A stretch of 64,000 bases of DNA from Torpedo marmorata (Eukaryota). The notes under the pieces were generated by a model that was not told the origin of the DNA, did no database searches, and saw only the letters and a list, made by a program, of their open reading frames with translations. Each line of letters begins with the position of its first letter. Position 1 is the first letter of the stretch. Where the stretch lies: the NCBI GenBank assembly GCA_977017645.1, contig CDRNVU010000224.1, positions 992,001 through 1,056,000 of the forward strand. Reading direction: 5' to 3'. The position numbers and the translations under genes are program-made. Of this stretch, positions 37,801-49,800 are shown one piece after another.

Positions 37801-40800
37801 TGACTCTGTTCCCGGAGTGAGTCTGATCCCGGAGTCAATGAGTTCCCAGAGTGAAACGGATCCCGGAGTGAATCTGTTTCCTTGTGTGTCAAATCCCACA
37901 GCGAGTCTGTTTGCTGGAAAGCGTCTGTTCCCGGACTGTGTTTGATAATGGATTGAGTCTGTTCCCGGTGTGTGTCTGATCGCAGAGTGGTACTGATCCT
38001 GGAGTGAGTCCGTAACCGGAATGAATCTGATCCCGGAGTGAATCTGAACCCAACGTGGTACTGTTCCCGGAGTGAGCCTGAACAAGGATTGAGACTTTTT
38101 CTAAAGTGTGTTCGTACTGAGAGTGAGTCTGTTCCCGAATTCAGTCGGACGCCAGAGTGAGTCTTTTCCGGAGTGAGCGTGATCCTGGAGTGAGTCCCAA
38201 ACCTGAATGAGCCTGATCACAGAGTGCTACTGATCCCGGAGTGAGTCTGTTCCCCAAGTGAATCTGTTCCGGAGAGATTCTTTTATCGGAGTGAATCTGT
38301 TCCCGGAATGAGTCTGATGCAGGAGTGAAATAGTTCCCGGAGTGAAACAGATCCCGGAGTGAATCTGTTTCCTGGTGTGAGTCAGATCCCAGAGCGAGCA
38401 TGTTTTCTGGAGTGAGTCTGATCCCGGTGTGAGTCTGTTCCTGGATTGTCTGTTGCCGGAGTTTGTGTGATCCCGGAGTGTGAACATGGAGTGATCGCAT
38501 TCCCGGATTGAGTCTGAGGCATAAGTGAAATAGTTCCCGGAGTGAAAAAGACCCCGGAGTGAATCTGTTTCCTGGTGTGAGTCAGATCCCAGAGCGAGTC
38601 TGTTTGCTGGAGTGAGTCTGATCCCGGAGTGTCTGTTCCTGGATTGAGTCTGTTCCCGGAGGGAGTGCGAACCTGGAGTGAGTTTGTACACGGAATGACT
38701 CTGGTCCCGAAGTGATTCTGATCCCGGAGTGTGTCAGATCCCTGAGTGAGTCTGATCACAGAGCGGTGCTAATACCGGAGTGTGTCTGTTCCCGAGTAAA
38801 TATTTTTCAGGAGTGTGTCTGTTCTCAGAGTGATTCTGAACCCTGAATGAGTCTGATCCCGGAGTCAAGTATTTCCCGGAGTGAAACAGATCCCGGATTC
38901 ATTCCGTGTACAGACTCACCCCAGTTGCGCACGCACTCCAGAGTGAGCGCATTCCCGGAGTGAGTCGAACCCTTTAATGATTCTGAACCCGGATTGTGTG
39001 TGTTTCTGGAGTGAGTCCGTTCCCGGAGTGAGTCTGAGGCATGAGTGAAATAGTTCTCGGTTTGAAACAGATCCCGGAGTGAATCTGTTCCCTGGTGTGG
39101 GTCAGATCCCAGAGCGCGTCTGTTTGCTGGTGTGAGACTGATCCCGGATTGTCTGTTGCTGGAGGGAGTGCGAACCTGGAGTGAGGCTGTCCCCGGAATA
39201 ACTGGTCCCGGAGTGATTCTGATCCCGGAGTGAGTGTGATTCTGATCCCGGAGTGAGTCTGATCCCAGAGTGCTGATACCGGAGTGTGTCTGTTCTCCCA
39301 GTAAATATTTTCCAGGAGTCTCTCTGTTCTCAGAGTGACTCTGAACCCTGAGTGAGTCTGATCCCGGAGTTAAGTAGTTCCCGGAGTGAAACCGATCCCT
39401 GCGTGAATCTGTTTCCTGGTCTGAGTCAGATCCCAGAGTGAGTCAATTTTCTGGAGTGAGTTTGATACCCGAGTAAGTTTTTTTTACCTGGATTGAGTCT
39501 GTTCCCGCATTCAGTCCGACGCCAGAGTGGGTCTGCTCCCGGAGTGAGCGTGATCCTGGAGTGAGTCCGTAACCGGTATGAATCTGATCCCGGAGTGATT
39601 CTGATCTCAGAGTGAGTCTGATCCCAGAGTGCCACTGATCCCGGAGTGAGACAGTTCCCCAAGTGAATATTTTTCCGGAGTGTGTCTGATCTCGGAGTGA
39701 CTCTGTTCCCGGAGTGAGTCTGATCCCGCAGTCAAGTATTTCCCGGAGTGAAACAGATCCCGGATTCATTCCGTCTACGGACTCACCCCAGTTGCGCACG
39801 CACTCCGGAGTGAGCGCATTCCCGGAGTGAGTCGAAACCTTGAATGATTCTGAACCCGGATTGTGTGTGTTTCTGGAGTGAGTCCGTACCCGGAGTGAGT
39901 CTGATCCCAGAGTGGTGCTGATACCGGAGTGTGTCTGTTCCCGGAGTGAATCTGTTCCCTGAGTGAGTCTGATCCCGGAGTCAAGTAGTTCCCGGAGTGA
40001 AACAGATCCCGGAGTGAATCTGTTTCCTGGTGTGAGTCAGATCCCAGAGCGAGTCTGTTTGCTGGAGTGAGTCTGATCCCGGAGTGTCTGTTCCTGGATT
40101 GAGTCTGTTCCCGGAGGGAGTGCGAACCTGGAGTGAGTCTGTACACGGAATGACTCTGGTCCCGAAGTGATTCTGATCCCGGAGTGTGTCAGATCCCGGA
40201 GTGAGTCTGATCACAGAGCGGTGCTAATACCGGAGTGTGTCTGTTCCCGTGTAAATATTTTTCAGGAGTGTGTCTGTTCTCAGAGTGACTCTGAACCCTG
40301 AATGAGTCTGATCCCGGAGTCAAGTATTTCCCGGAGTGAAACAGATCCCGGATTCATTCCGTGTACGGACTCACCCCAGTTGCGCACGCACTCCAGAGTG
40401 AGCGCATTCCCGGAGTGAGTCGAACCCTTGAATGATTCTGAACCCGGATTGTGTGTGATTCTGGACTGAGTCCGTACCCGGAGTGAGTCTGATCCGAGAG
40501 TGATTCTAATCCCGGAGTGAACCTGATGCCAAAGTGGTACTGATCCCGGAGTGAGTCCGTTCGCCGAGTGAATACGTTTCCCGAGTGAGCCTGGTCCCGG
40601 AGTGTGTCTGAGGCATGAGTGAAATATTTTCCGGAGTGAAACAGATCGCGGAGTGAATCTGTTTCCTGGTGTGAGTCAGTTCTCAGAGCGAGACTGTTTA
40701 CTGGAGTGAAACTGATCCCGGAGTGTCTGTTCCTGGATTGAGTCTGTTCCCGGAGTGCGTGCGAACCTGGGGTGTGTCTGTACCCAGAATGAATCTTGTC

Positions 40801-43800
40801 CCGGAGTGATTCTGATCCCGGAGTGTGTCTGATCCCAGAGTGGTTCTGAATCCGGAGTGTGTCTGTTCCCCGAGTGAATCTGTTTCCGGAGTGTGTCTGT
40901 TCTCGGAGTGACTCTGTTCCCGGAGTGAGTCTGATCCGGGAGTCAAGGAGTTCCCAGAGTGAAACGGATCCCGGAGTGAATCTGTTTCCTTGTGTGTCAA
41001 ATCCCACAGCGAGTCTGTTTGCTGGAACGAGTCTGTTCCCGGACTGTGTGTGATAATGGATTGAGTCTGTTCCCGGTGTGTGTCTGATCGCAGAGTGGTA
41101 CTGATCCTGGAGTGAGTCCGTAACCGGAATGAATCTGATCCCGGAGTGAATCTGAACCCAACGTGGTACTGTTCCCGGAGTGAGCCTGAACACGGATTGA
41201 GACTTTTTCTAAAGTGTGTTCGTACTGAGAGTGAGTCTGTTCTAGAATTCAGTCGGACGACAGAGTGAGTCTTTTCCGGAGTGAGCGTGATCCTGGAGTG
41301 AGTCCCAAACCGGAATGAGGCTGATCCCAGAGTGCTACTGATCCCGGAGTGTGTCTGTTCCCCAAGTGAATCTGTTCCGGAGAGATTCTTTTATCGGAGT
41401 GAATCTGTTCCCGGAATGAGTCTGATGCAGGAGTGAAATAGTTCCCGGAGTGAAACAGATCCCGGAGTGAATCTGTTTCCTGGTGTGAGTCAGATCCCAG
41501 AGCGAGCATGTTTTCTGGAGTGAGTCTGATCCCAGAGTGCTGATACCGGAGTGTGTCTGTTCCCAGAGTAAATATTTTCCAGGAGTCTCTCTGTTCTCAG
41601 AGTGACTCTGAACCCTGAGTGAGTCTGATCCCGGAGTCAAGTAGTCCCCGGAGTGAAACCGATCCCTGCGTGAATCTGTTTCCTGGTCTGAGTCAGATCC
41701 CAGAGTGAGTCAATTTTCTGGAGTGAGTTTGATACCCGAGTAAGTTTTTTTCCATGGATTGAGTCTGTTCCCGCATTCAGTCCGACGCCAGAGTGGGTCT
41801 GCTCCCGGAGTGAGCGTGATCCTGGAGTGAGTCCGTAACCGGTATGAATCTGATCCCGGAGTGATTCTGATCTCAGAGTGAGTCTGATCCCAGAGTGCTA
41901 CTGATCCCGGAGTGAGACAGTTCCCCAAGTGAATATTTTTCCGGACTGTGTCTGATCTCGGAGTGACTCTGTTCCCGGAGTGAGTCTGATCCCGCAGTCA
42001 AGTATTTCCCGGAGTGAAACAGATCCCGGATTCATTCCGTGTACGGACTCACCCCAGTTGCGCACGCACTCCGGAGTAAGCGCATTCCCGGAGTGAGTCG
42101 AAACCTTGAATGATTCTGAACCCGGATTGTGTGTGTTTCTGGAGTGAGTCCGTACCCGGAGTGAGTCTGATCCCAGAGTGATGCTGATACCGGAGTGTGT
42201 CTGTTCCCGAAGTGAATCTGTTTCCGGAGTGTGTCTGTTCACGGAGTGACTCTGTTCCCGGAGTGAGTCTGATCCCGGAGTCAAGTAGTTCCCGGAGTGA
42301 AACAGATCCCGGAGTGAATCTGTTTCCTGGTGTGAGTCAGATCCCAGAGCGAGTCTGTTTGCTGGAGTGAGTCTGATCCCGGAGTGTCTGTTCCTGGATT
42401 GAGTCTGTTCCCGGAGGGAGTGCGAACCTGGAGTGAGTCTGTACACGGAATGACTCTGGTCCCGTAGTGATTCTGATCCCGGAGTGTGTCAGATCCCGGA
42501 GTGAGTCTGATCACAGAGCGGTGCTAATACCGGAGTGTGTCTGTTCCCGAGTAAATATTTTTCAGGAGTGTGTCTGTTCTCAGAGTGATTCTGAACCCTG
42601 AATGAGTCTGATCCCGGAGTCAAGTATTTCCCGGAGTGAAACAGATCCCGGATTCATTCCGTGTACGGACTCACCCCAGTTGCGCACGCACTCCAGAGTG
42701 AGCGCATTCCCGGAGTGAGTCGAACCCTTTAATGATTCTGAACCCGGATTGTGTATGTTTCTGGAGTGAGTCCGTTCCCGGAGTGAGTCTGAGGCATGAG
42801 TGAAATAGTTCTCGGTGTGAAACAGATCCCGGAGTGAATCTGTTCCCTGGTGTGGGTCAGATCCCAGAGCGCGTCTGTTTGCTGGTGTGAGTCTGATCCC
42901 GGAGTGTCTGTTGCTGGAGGGAGTGCGAACCTGGAGTGAGTCTGTCCCCGGAATAACTCTGGTCCCGGAGTGATTCTGATCCCGGAGTGAGTGTGATTCT
43001 GATCCCGGAGTGAGTCTGATACCAGAGTGCTGATACCGGAGTGTGTCCGTTCCCCGAGTAAATATTTTCCAGGAGTCTCTCTGTTCTCAGAGTGACTCTG
43101 AACCCTGAGTGAGTCTGATCCCGGAGTTAAGTAATTCCCGGAGTGAAACCGATCCCTGCGTGAATCTGTTTCCTGGTCTGAGTCAGATCCCAGAGTGAGT
43201 CAATTTTCTGGAGTGAGTTTGATACCCGAGTAAGTTTTTTTTCCTGGATTGAGTCTGTTACCGCATTCAATCCGACGCCAGAGTGGGTCTGCTCCCGGAG
43301 TGAGCGTGATCCTGGAGTGAGTCCGTAACCGGTATGAATCTGATCCCGGAGTGATTCTGATCTCAGAGTGAGTCTGATCCCAGAGTGCTACTGATCCCGG
43401 AGTGAGACAGTTCCCCAAGTGAATATTTTTCCGGAGTGTGTCTGATCTCGGAGTGACTCTGTTCCCGGAGTGAGTCTGATCCCGCAGTCAAGTATTTCCC
43501 GGAGTGAAACAGATCCCGGATTCATTCCGTGTACGGACTCACCCCAGTTGCGCACGCACTCCGGAGTGAGCGCATTCCCGGAGTGAGTCGAAACCTTGAA
43601 TGATTCTGAACCCGGATTGTGTGTGTTTCTGGAGTGAGTCCGTACCCGGAGTGAGTCTGATCACAGAGTGGTGCTGATACCGGAGTGTGTCTGTTCCCGG
43701 AGTGAATCTGTTTCCGGTGTGTGTCTGTTCACGGAGTGACTCTGTTCCCGGAGTGATTCTGATCCCGGAGTCAAGTAGTTCCCGGAGTGAAACAGATCCC

Positions 43801-46800
43801 GGAGTGAATCTGTTTCCTGGTGTGAGTCAGATCCCAGAGCGAGTCTGTTTGCTGGAGTGAGTCTGATCCCGGAGTGTCTGTTCCTGGATTGATTCTGTTC
43901 CCGGAGGGAGTGCGAACCTGGAGTGAGTCTGTACACGGAATTACTCTGGTCCCGAAGTGATTCTGATCCCGGAGTGTGTCAGATCCCGGAGTGAGTCTGA
44001 TCACAGAGCGGTGCTTATACCGGAGTGTGTCTGTACACGTGTAAATATTTTTCAGGAGTGTGTCTGTTCTCAGTGTGACTCTGAACCCTGAATGAGTCTG
44101 ATCCCGGAGTCAAGTATTTCCCGGAGTGAAACAGATCCCGGATTCATTCCGTGTACGGACTCACCCCAGTTGCGCACGCACTCCAGAGTGAGCGCATTCC
44201 CGGAGTGAGTCGAACCCTTGAATGATTCTGAACCCGGATTGTGTGTGTTTCTGGAGTGAGTCCGTACCAGGAGTGAGTCTGATCCGAGAGTGATTCTAAT
44301 CCCGGAGTGAACCTGATGCCAAAGTGGTACTGATCCCGGAGTGAGTCCGTTCGCCGAGTGAATACGTTTCCCGAGTGAGCCTGGTCCCGGAGTGTGTCTG
44401 AGGCATGAGTGAAATATTTTCCGGAGTGAAACAGATCCCGGAGTGAATCTGTTTCCTGGTGTGAGTCAGTTCTCAGAGCGAGACTGTTTGCTGGAGTGAG
44501 ACTGATCCCGGAGTAGCTGTTCCTGGATTGAGTCTGTTCCCGGAGTGCGTGCGAACCTGGGGTGTGTCTGTACCCAGAATGAATCTTGTCCCGGAGTGAT
44601 TCTGATCCCGGAGTGTGTCTGATCCCAGAGAGGTTCTGAATCCGGAGTGTGTCTGTTCCCCGAGTGAATCTGTTTCCGGAGTGTGTCTGTTCTCGGAGTG
44701 ACTCTGTTCCCGGAGTGAGTCTGATCCCGGAGTCAAGGAGTTCCCAGAGTGAAACGGATCCCGGAGTGAATCTGTTTCCTTGTGTGTCAAATCCCACAGC
44801 GAGTCTGTTTGCTGGAACGAGTCTGTTCCCGGACTGTGTGTGATAATGGATTGAGTCTGTTCCCGGTGTGTGTCTGATCGCAGAGTGGTACTGATCCTGG
44901 AGTGAGTCCGTAACCGGAATGAATCTGATCCCGGAGTGAATCTGAACCCAACGTGGTACTGTTCCCGGAGTGAGCCTGAACACGGATTGAGACTTTTTCT
45001 AAAGTGTGTTCGTTCTGAGAGTTAGTCTGTTCCCGAATTCAGTCGGGCGACAGAGTGAGTCTTTTCCGGAGTGAGCGTGATCCTGGATTGAGTCCCAAAC
45101 CGGAATGAGGCTGATCCCAGAGTGCTACTGATCCCGGAGTGTGTCTGTTCCCCAAGTGAATCTGTTCCGGAGAGATCCTTTTATCGGAGTGAATCTGTTC
45201 CCGGAATGAGTCTGATGCAGGAGTGAAATAGTTCCCGGAGTGAAACAGATCCCGGAGTGAATCTTTTTCCTGGTGTGAGTCAGATCCCAGAGCGAGCATG
45301 TTTTCTGGAGTGAGTCTGATCCCGGTGTGAGTCTGCTCCTGGATTGTCTGTCGCCGGAGTTTGTGTGATCCCGGAGTGTGAACCTGGAGTGAGCGCATTC
45401 ACGGATTGAGTCTGAGGCATAAGTGAAATAGTTCCCGGAGTGAAAAAGACCCCGGAGTGAATCTGTTTCCTGGTGTGTCAGATCCCAGAGCGAGTCTGTT
45501 TGCTGGAGTGAGTCTGATCGCGGAGTGAGTCTGTTCCTGGATTGTCTGTTACCGGAGTTTGTGAGATCCCGGAGTGTGAACCTGGAGTGAGCGCATTCAC
45601 GGATTGAGTCTGAGGCATAAGTGAAATAGTTCCCGGAGTGAAAAAGACCCCGGAGTGAATCTGTTTCCTGGTGTGTCAGATCCCAGAGCGAGTCTGTTTG
45701 CCGGAATGAATCTGATCGCGGAGTGGATCTGAACCCAACGTGGTACTGTTCCCGGAGTGAGCCTGAACAAGGATTGAAACTTTTTCTAAAGTGTGTTCGT
45801 ACTGAGAGTGAGTCTGTTCCCGAATTCAGTCGGACGACAGAGTGAGTCTTTTCCGGAGTGAGCGTGATCCTGGAGTGAGTCCCAAACCGGAATGAGCCTG
45901 ATCACAGAGTGCTACTGATCCCGGAGTGAGTCTGTTCCCCACGTGAATCTGTTCCGGAGAGATTCTTTTATCGGAGTGAATCTGTTCCCGGAATGAGTCT
46001 GATGCAGGAGTGAAATAGTTCCCGGAGTGAAACAGATCCCGGAGTGAATCTGTTTCCTGGTGTGAGTAAGATCCCAGAGCGAGCATGTTTTCTGGAGTGA
46101 GTCTGATCCCGGTGTGAGTCTGTTACTGGATTGTCTGTTGCCGGAGTTTGTGTGATCCCGGAGTGTGAACCTGGAGTGAGCGCATTCCCGGATTGAGTCT
46201 GAGGCATGAGTGAAATAGTTCCCGGAGTGAAAAAGACCCCGGAGTGAATCTATTTCCTGGTGTGAGTCAGATCCCAGAGCGAGCATGTTTTCTGGAGTAA
46301 GTCTGATCCCGGAGTGTCTGTTCCTGGATTGAGTCTGTTCCCGGAGGGAGTGCGAACCTGGAGTGAGTCTGTACACGGAATGACTCTGGTCCCGAAGTGA
46401 TTCTGATCCCGGAGTGAGTCAGATCCCGGAGTGAGTCTGATCACAGAGCGGTGCTAATACCGGAGTGTGTCTGTTCCCGAGTAAATATTTTTCAGAAGTG
46501 TGTCTGTTCTCAGAGTGACTTTGAACCCTGAATGAGTCTGATTCCGGAGTCAAGTATTTCCCGGAGTGAAACAGATCCCGGATTCATTCCGTGTACGGAC
46601 TCACCCCAGTTGCGCACGCACTCCAGACTGAGCGCATTCCCGGAGTGAGTCGAACCCTTGAATGATTCTGAACCCGGATTGTGTGTGTTTCTGGAGTGAG
46701 TCCGTTCCCGGAGTGAGTCTGAGGCATGAGTGAAATAGTTCTCGGTGTGAAACAGATCCCGGAGTGAATCTGTTCCCTGGTGTGGGTCAGATCCCAGAGC

Positions 46801-49800
46801 GCGTCTGTTTGCTGGTGTGAGTCTGATCCCGGAGTGTCTTTTGCTGGAGGGAGTGCGAACCTGGAGTGAGTCTGTCCCCGGAATAACTGGTCCCGGAGTG
46901 ATTCTGATCCCGGAGTGAGTGTGATTCTGATCCCGGAGTGAGTCTGATCCCAGAGTGCTGATACCGGAGTGTGTCTGTTCCCCTAGTAAATATTTTCCAG
47001 GAGTCTCTCTGTTCTCAGAGTGACTCTGAACCCTGAGTGAGTCTGATCCCGCAGTCAAGTAGTTCCCGGAGTGAAACCGATCCCTGCGTGAATCTGTTTC
47101 CTGGTCTGAGTCAGATCCCAGAGTGAGTCAATTTTCTGGAGTGAGTTTGATTCCCGAGTAAGTTTTTTTACCTGGATTGAGTCTGTTCCCGCATTCAGTC
47201 CGAAGCCAGAGTGGGTCTGCTCCCGGAGTGAGCGTGATCCTGGAGTGAGTCCGTAACCGGTATGAATCTGATCCCGGAGTGATTCTGATCTCAGAGTGAG
47301 TCTGATCCCAGAGTGCTACTGATCCCGGAGTGAGACAGTTCCCCAAGTGAATATTTTTCCGGAGTGTGTCTGATCTCGGAGTGACTCTGTTCCCGGAGTG
47401 AGTCTCATCCCGCAGTCAAGTATTTCCCGGAGTGAAACAGAACCCGGATTCATTCCGTGTACGGACTCACCCCAGTTGCGCACGCACTCCGGAGTGAGCG
47501 CATTCCCGGAGTGAGTCGAACCCTTGCATGATTCTGAACCCGGATTGTGTGTGATTCTGGAGTGAGCCCGTACCCGGAGTGAGTCTGATCCGAGAGTGAT
47601 TCTAATCCCGGAGTGAACCTGATGCCAAAGTGGTACTGATCCCGCAGTGAGTCCGTTCGCCGAGTGAATACGTTTCCCAAGTGAGCCTGGTCCCGGAGTG
47701 TGTCTGAGGCATGAGTGAAATATTTTCCGGAGTGAAACAGATCCCGGAGTGAATCTGGTTCCTGGTGTGAGTCAGTTCTCAGAGCGAGACTGTTTGCTGG
47801 AGTGAGACTGATCCCGGAGTGTCTGTTCCTGGATTGAGTCTGTTCCCGGAGTGCGTGCGAACCTGGGGTGTGTCTGTACCCAGAATGAATCTTGTCCCGG
47901 AGTGATTCTGATCCCGGAGTGTGTCTGATCCCAGAGAGGTTCTGAATCCGGAGTGTGTCTGTTCCCCGAGTGAATCTGTTTCCGGAGTGTGTCTGTTCTC
48001 GGAGTGACTCTGTTCCAGGAGTGAGTCTGATCCCGGAGTCAAGGAGTTCCCAGAGTGAAACGGATCCCGGAGTGAATCTGTTTCCTTGTGTGTCAAATCC
48101 CACAGCGAGTCTGTTTGCTGGAAAGTGTCTGTTCCCGGACTGTGTGTGATAATGGATTGAGTCTGTTCCCGGTGTGTGTTTGATCGCAGAGTGGTACTGA
48201 TCCTGGAGTGAGTCCGTAACCGGAATGAATCTGATCCCGGAGTGAATCTGAACCCAACGTGGTACTGTTCCCGGAGTGAGCCTGAACAAGGATTGAGACT
48301 TTTTCTAAAGTGTGTTCGTACTGAGAGTGAGTCTGTTCCCGAATTCAGTCGGACGACAGAGTGAGTCTTTTCCGGAGTGAGCGTGATCCTGGAGTGAGTC
48401 CCAAACCGGAATGAGCCTGATCCCAGAGTGCTACTGATCCCGGAGTGAGTCTGTTCCCCAAGTGAATCTGTTCCGGAGAGATTCTTTTATCGGAGTGAAT
48501 CTGTTCTCGGAATGAGTCTGATGCAGGAGTGAAATAGTTCCCGGAGTGAAACAGATCCCGGAGTGAATCTGTTTCCTGGTGTGAGTCAGATCCCAGAGCG
48601 AGCATGTTTTCTGGAGTGAGTCTGATCCCGGTGTGAGTCTGTTCTTGGATTGTCTGTTACCGGAGTTTGTGAGATCCCGGAGTGTGAACCTGGAGTGAGC
48701 GCATTCCCGGATTGAGTCTGAGGCATGAGTGAAATAGTTCCCGGAGTGAAAAAGACCCCGGAGTGAATCTATTTCCTGGTGTAAGTCAGATCCAAGAGCG
48801 AGTCTGTTTGCTGGAGTGAGTCTGATCCCGGAGTGTCTGTTCCTGGATTGAGTCTGTTCCCGGAGGGAGTGCGAACCTGGAGTGAGTCTGTACACGGAAT
48901 GACTCTGGTCCCGAAGTGATTCTGATCCCGGAGTGAGTCAGATCCCGGAGTGAGTCTGATCACAGAGCGGTGCTAATACCGGAGTGTGTCTGTTCCCGAG
49001 TAAATATTTTTCAGGAGTGTGTCTGTTCTCAGAGTGATTCTGAACCCTGAATGAGTCTGATCCCGGAGTCAAGTATTTCCCGGAGTGAAACAGATCCCGG
49101 ATTCAATCCGTGTACAGACTCACCCCAGTTGCGCATCCACTCCAGACTGAGCGCATTCCCGGAGTGAGTCGAACCCTTGAATGATTCTGAACCCGGACTG
49201 TGTGTGTTTCTAGAGTGAGTCCGTTCCCGGAGTGAGTCTGAGGCATGAGTGAAATAGTTCTCGGTGTGAAACAGATCCCGGAGTGAATCTGTTCCCTGGT
49301 GTGGGTCAGATCCCAGAGCGCGTCTGTTTGCTGGTGTGAGTCTGATCCCGGAGTGTCTGTTGCTGGAGGGAGTGCAAACCTGGAGTGAGTCTGTCCCCGG
49401 AATAACTCTGGTCCCGGAGTGATTCTGTTCCCGGAGTGAGTGTGAATCTGATCCCGGAGTGAGTCTGATCCCAGAGTGCTGATACCGGAGTGTGTCCGTT
49501 CCCCGAGTAAATATTTTCCAGGAGTCTCTCTGTTCTCAGAGTGACTCTGAACCCTGAGTGAGTCTGATCCCGGAGTTAAGTAGTTCCCGGAGTGAAACCG
49601 ATCCCTGCGTGAATCTGTTTCCTGGTCTGAGTCAGATCCCAGAGTGAGTCAATTTTCTGGAGTGAGTTTGATACCCGAGTAAGTTTTTTTTCCTGGATTG
49701 AGTCTGTTACCGCATTCAGTCCGACGCCAGAGTGGGTCTGCTCCCGGAGTGAGCGGGATCCTGGAGTGAGTCCGTAACCGGTATGAATCTGATCCCGGAG

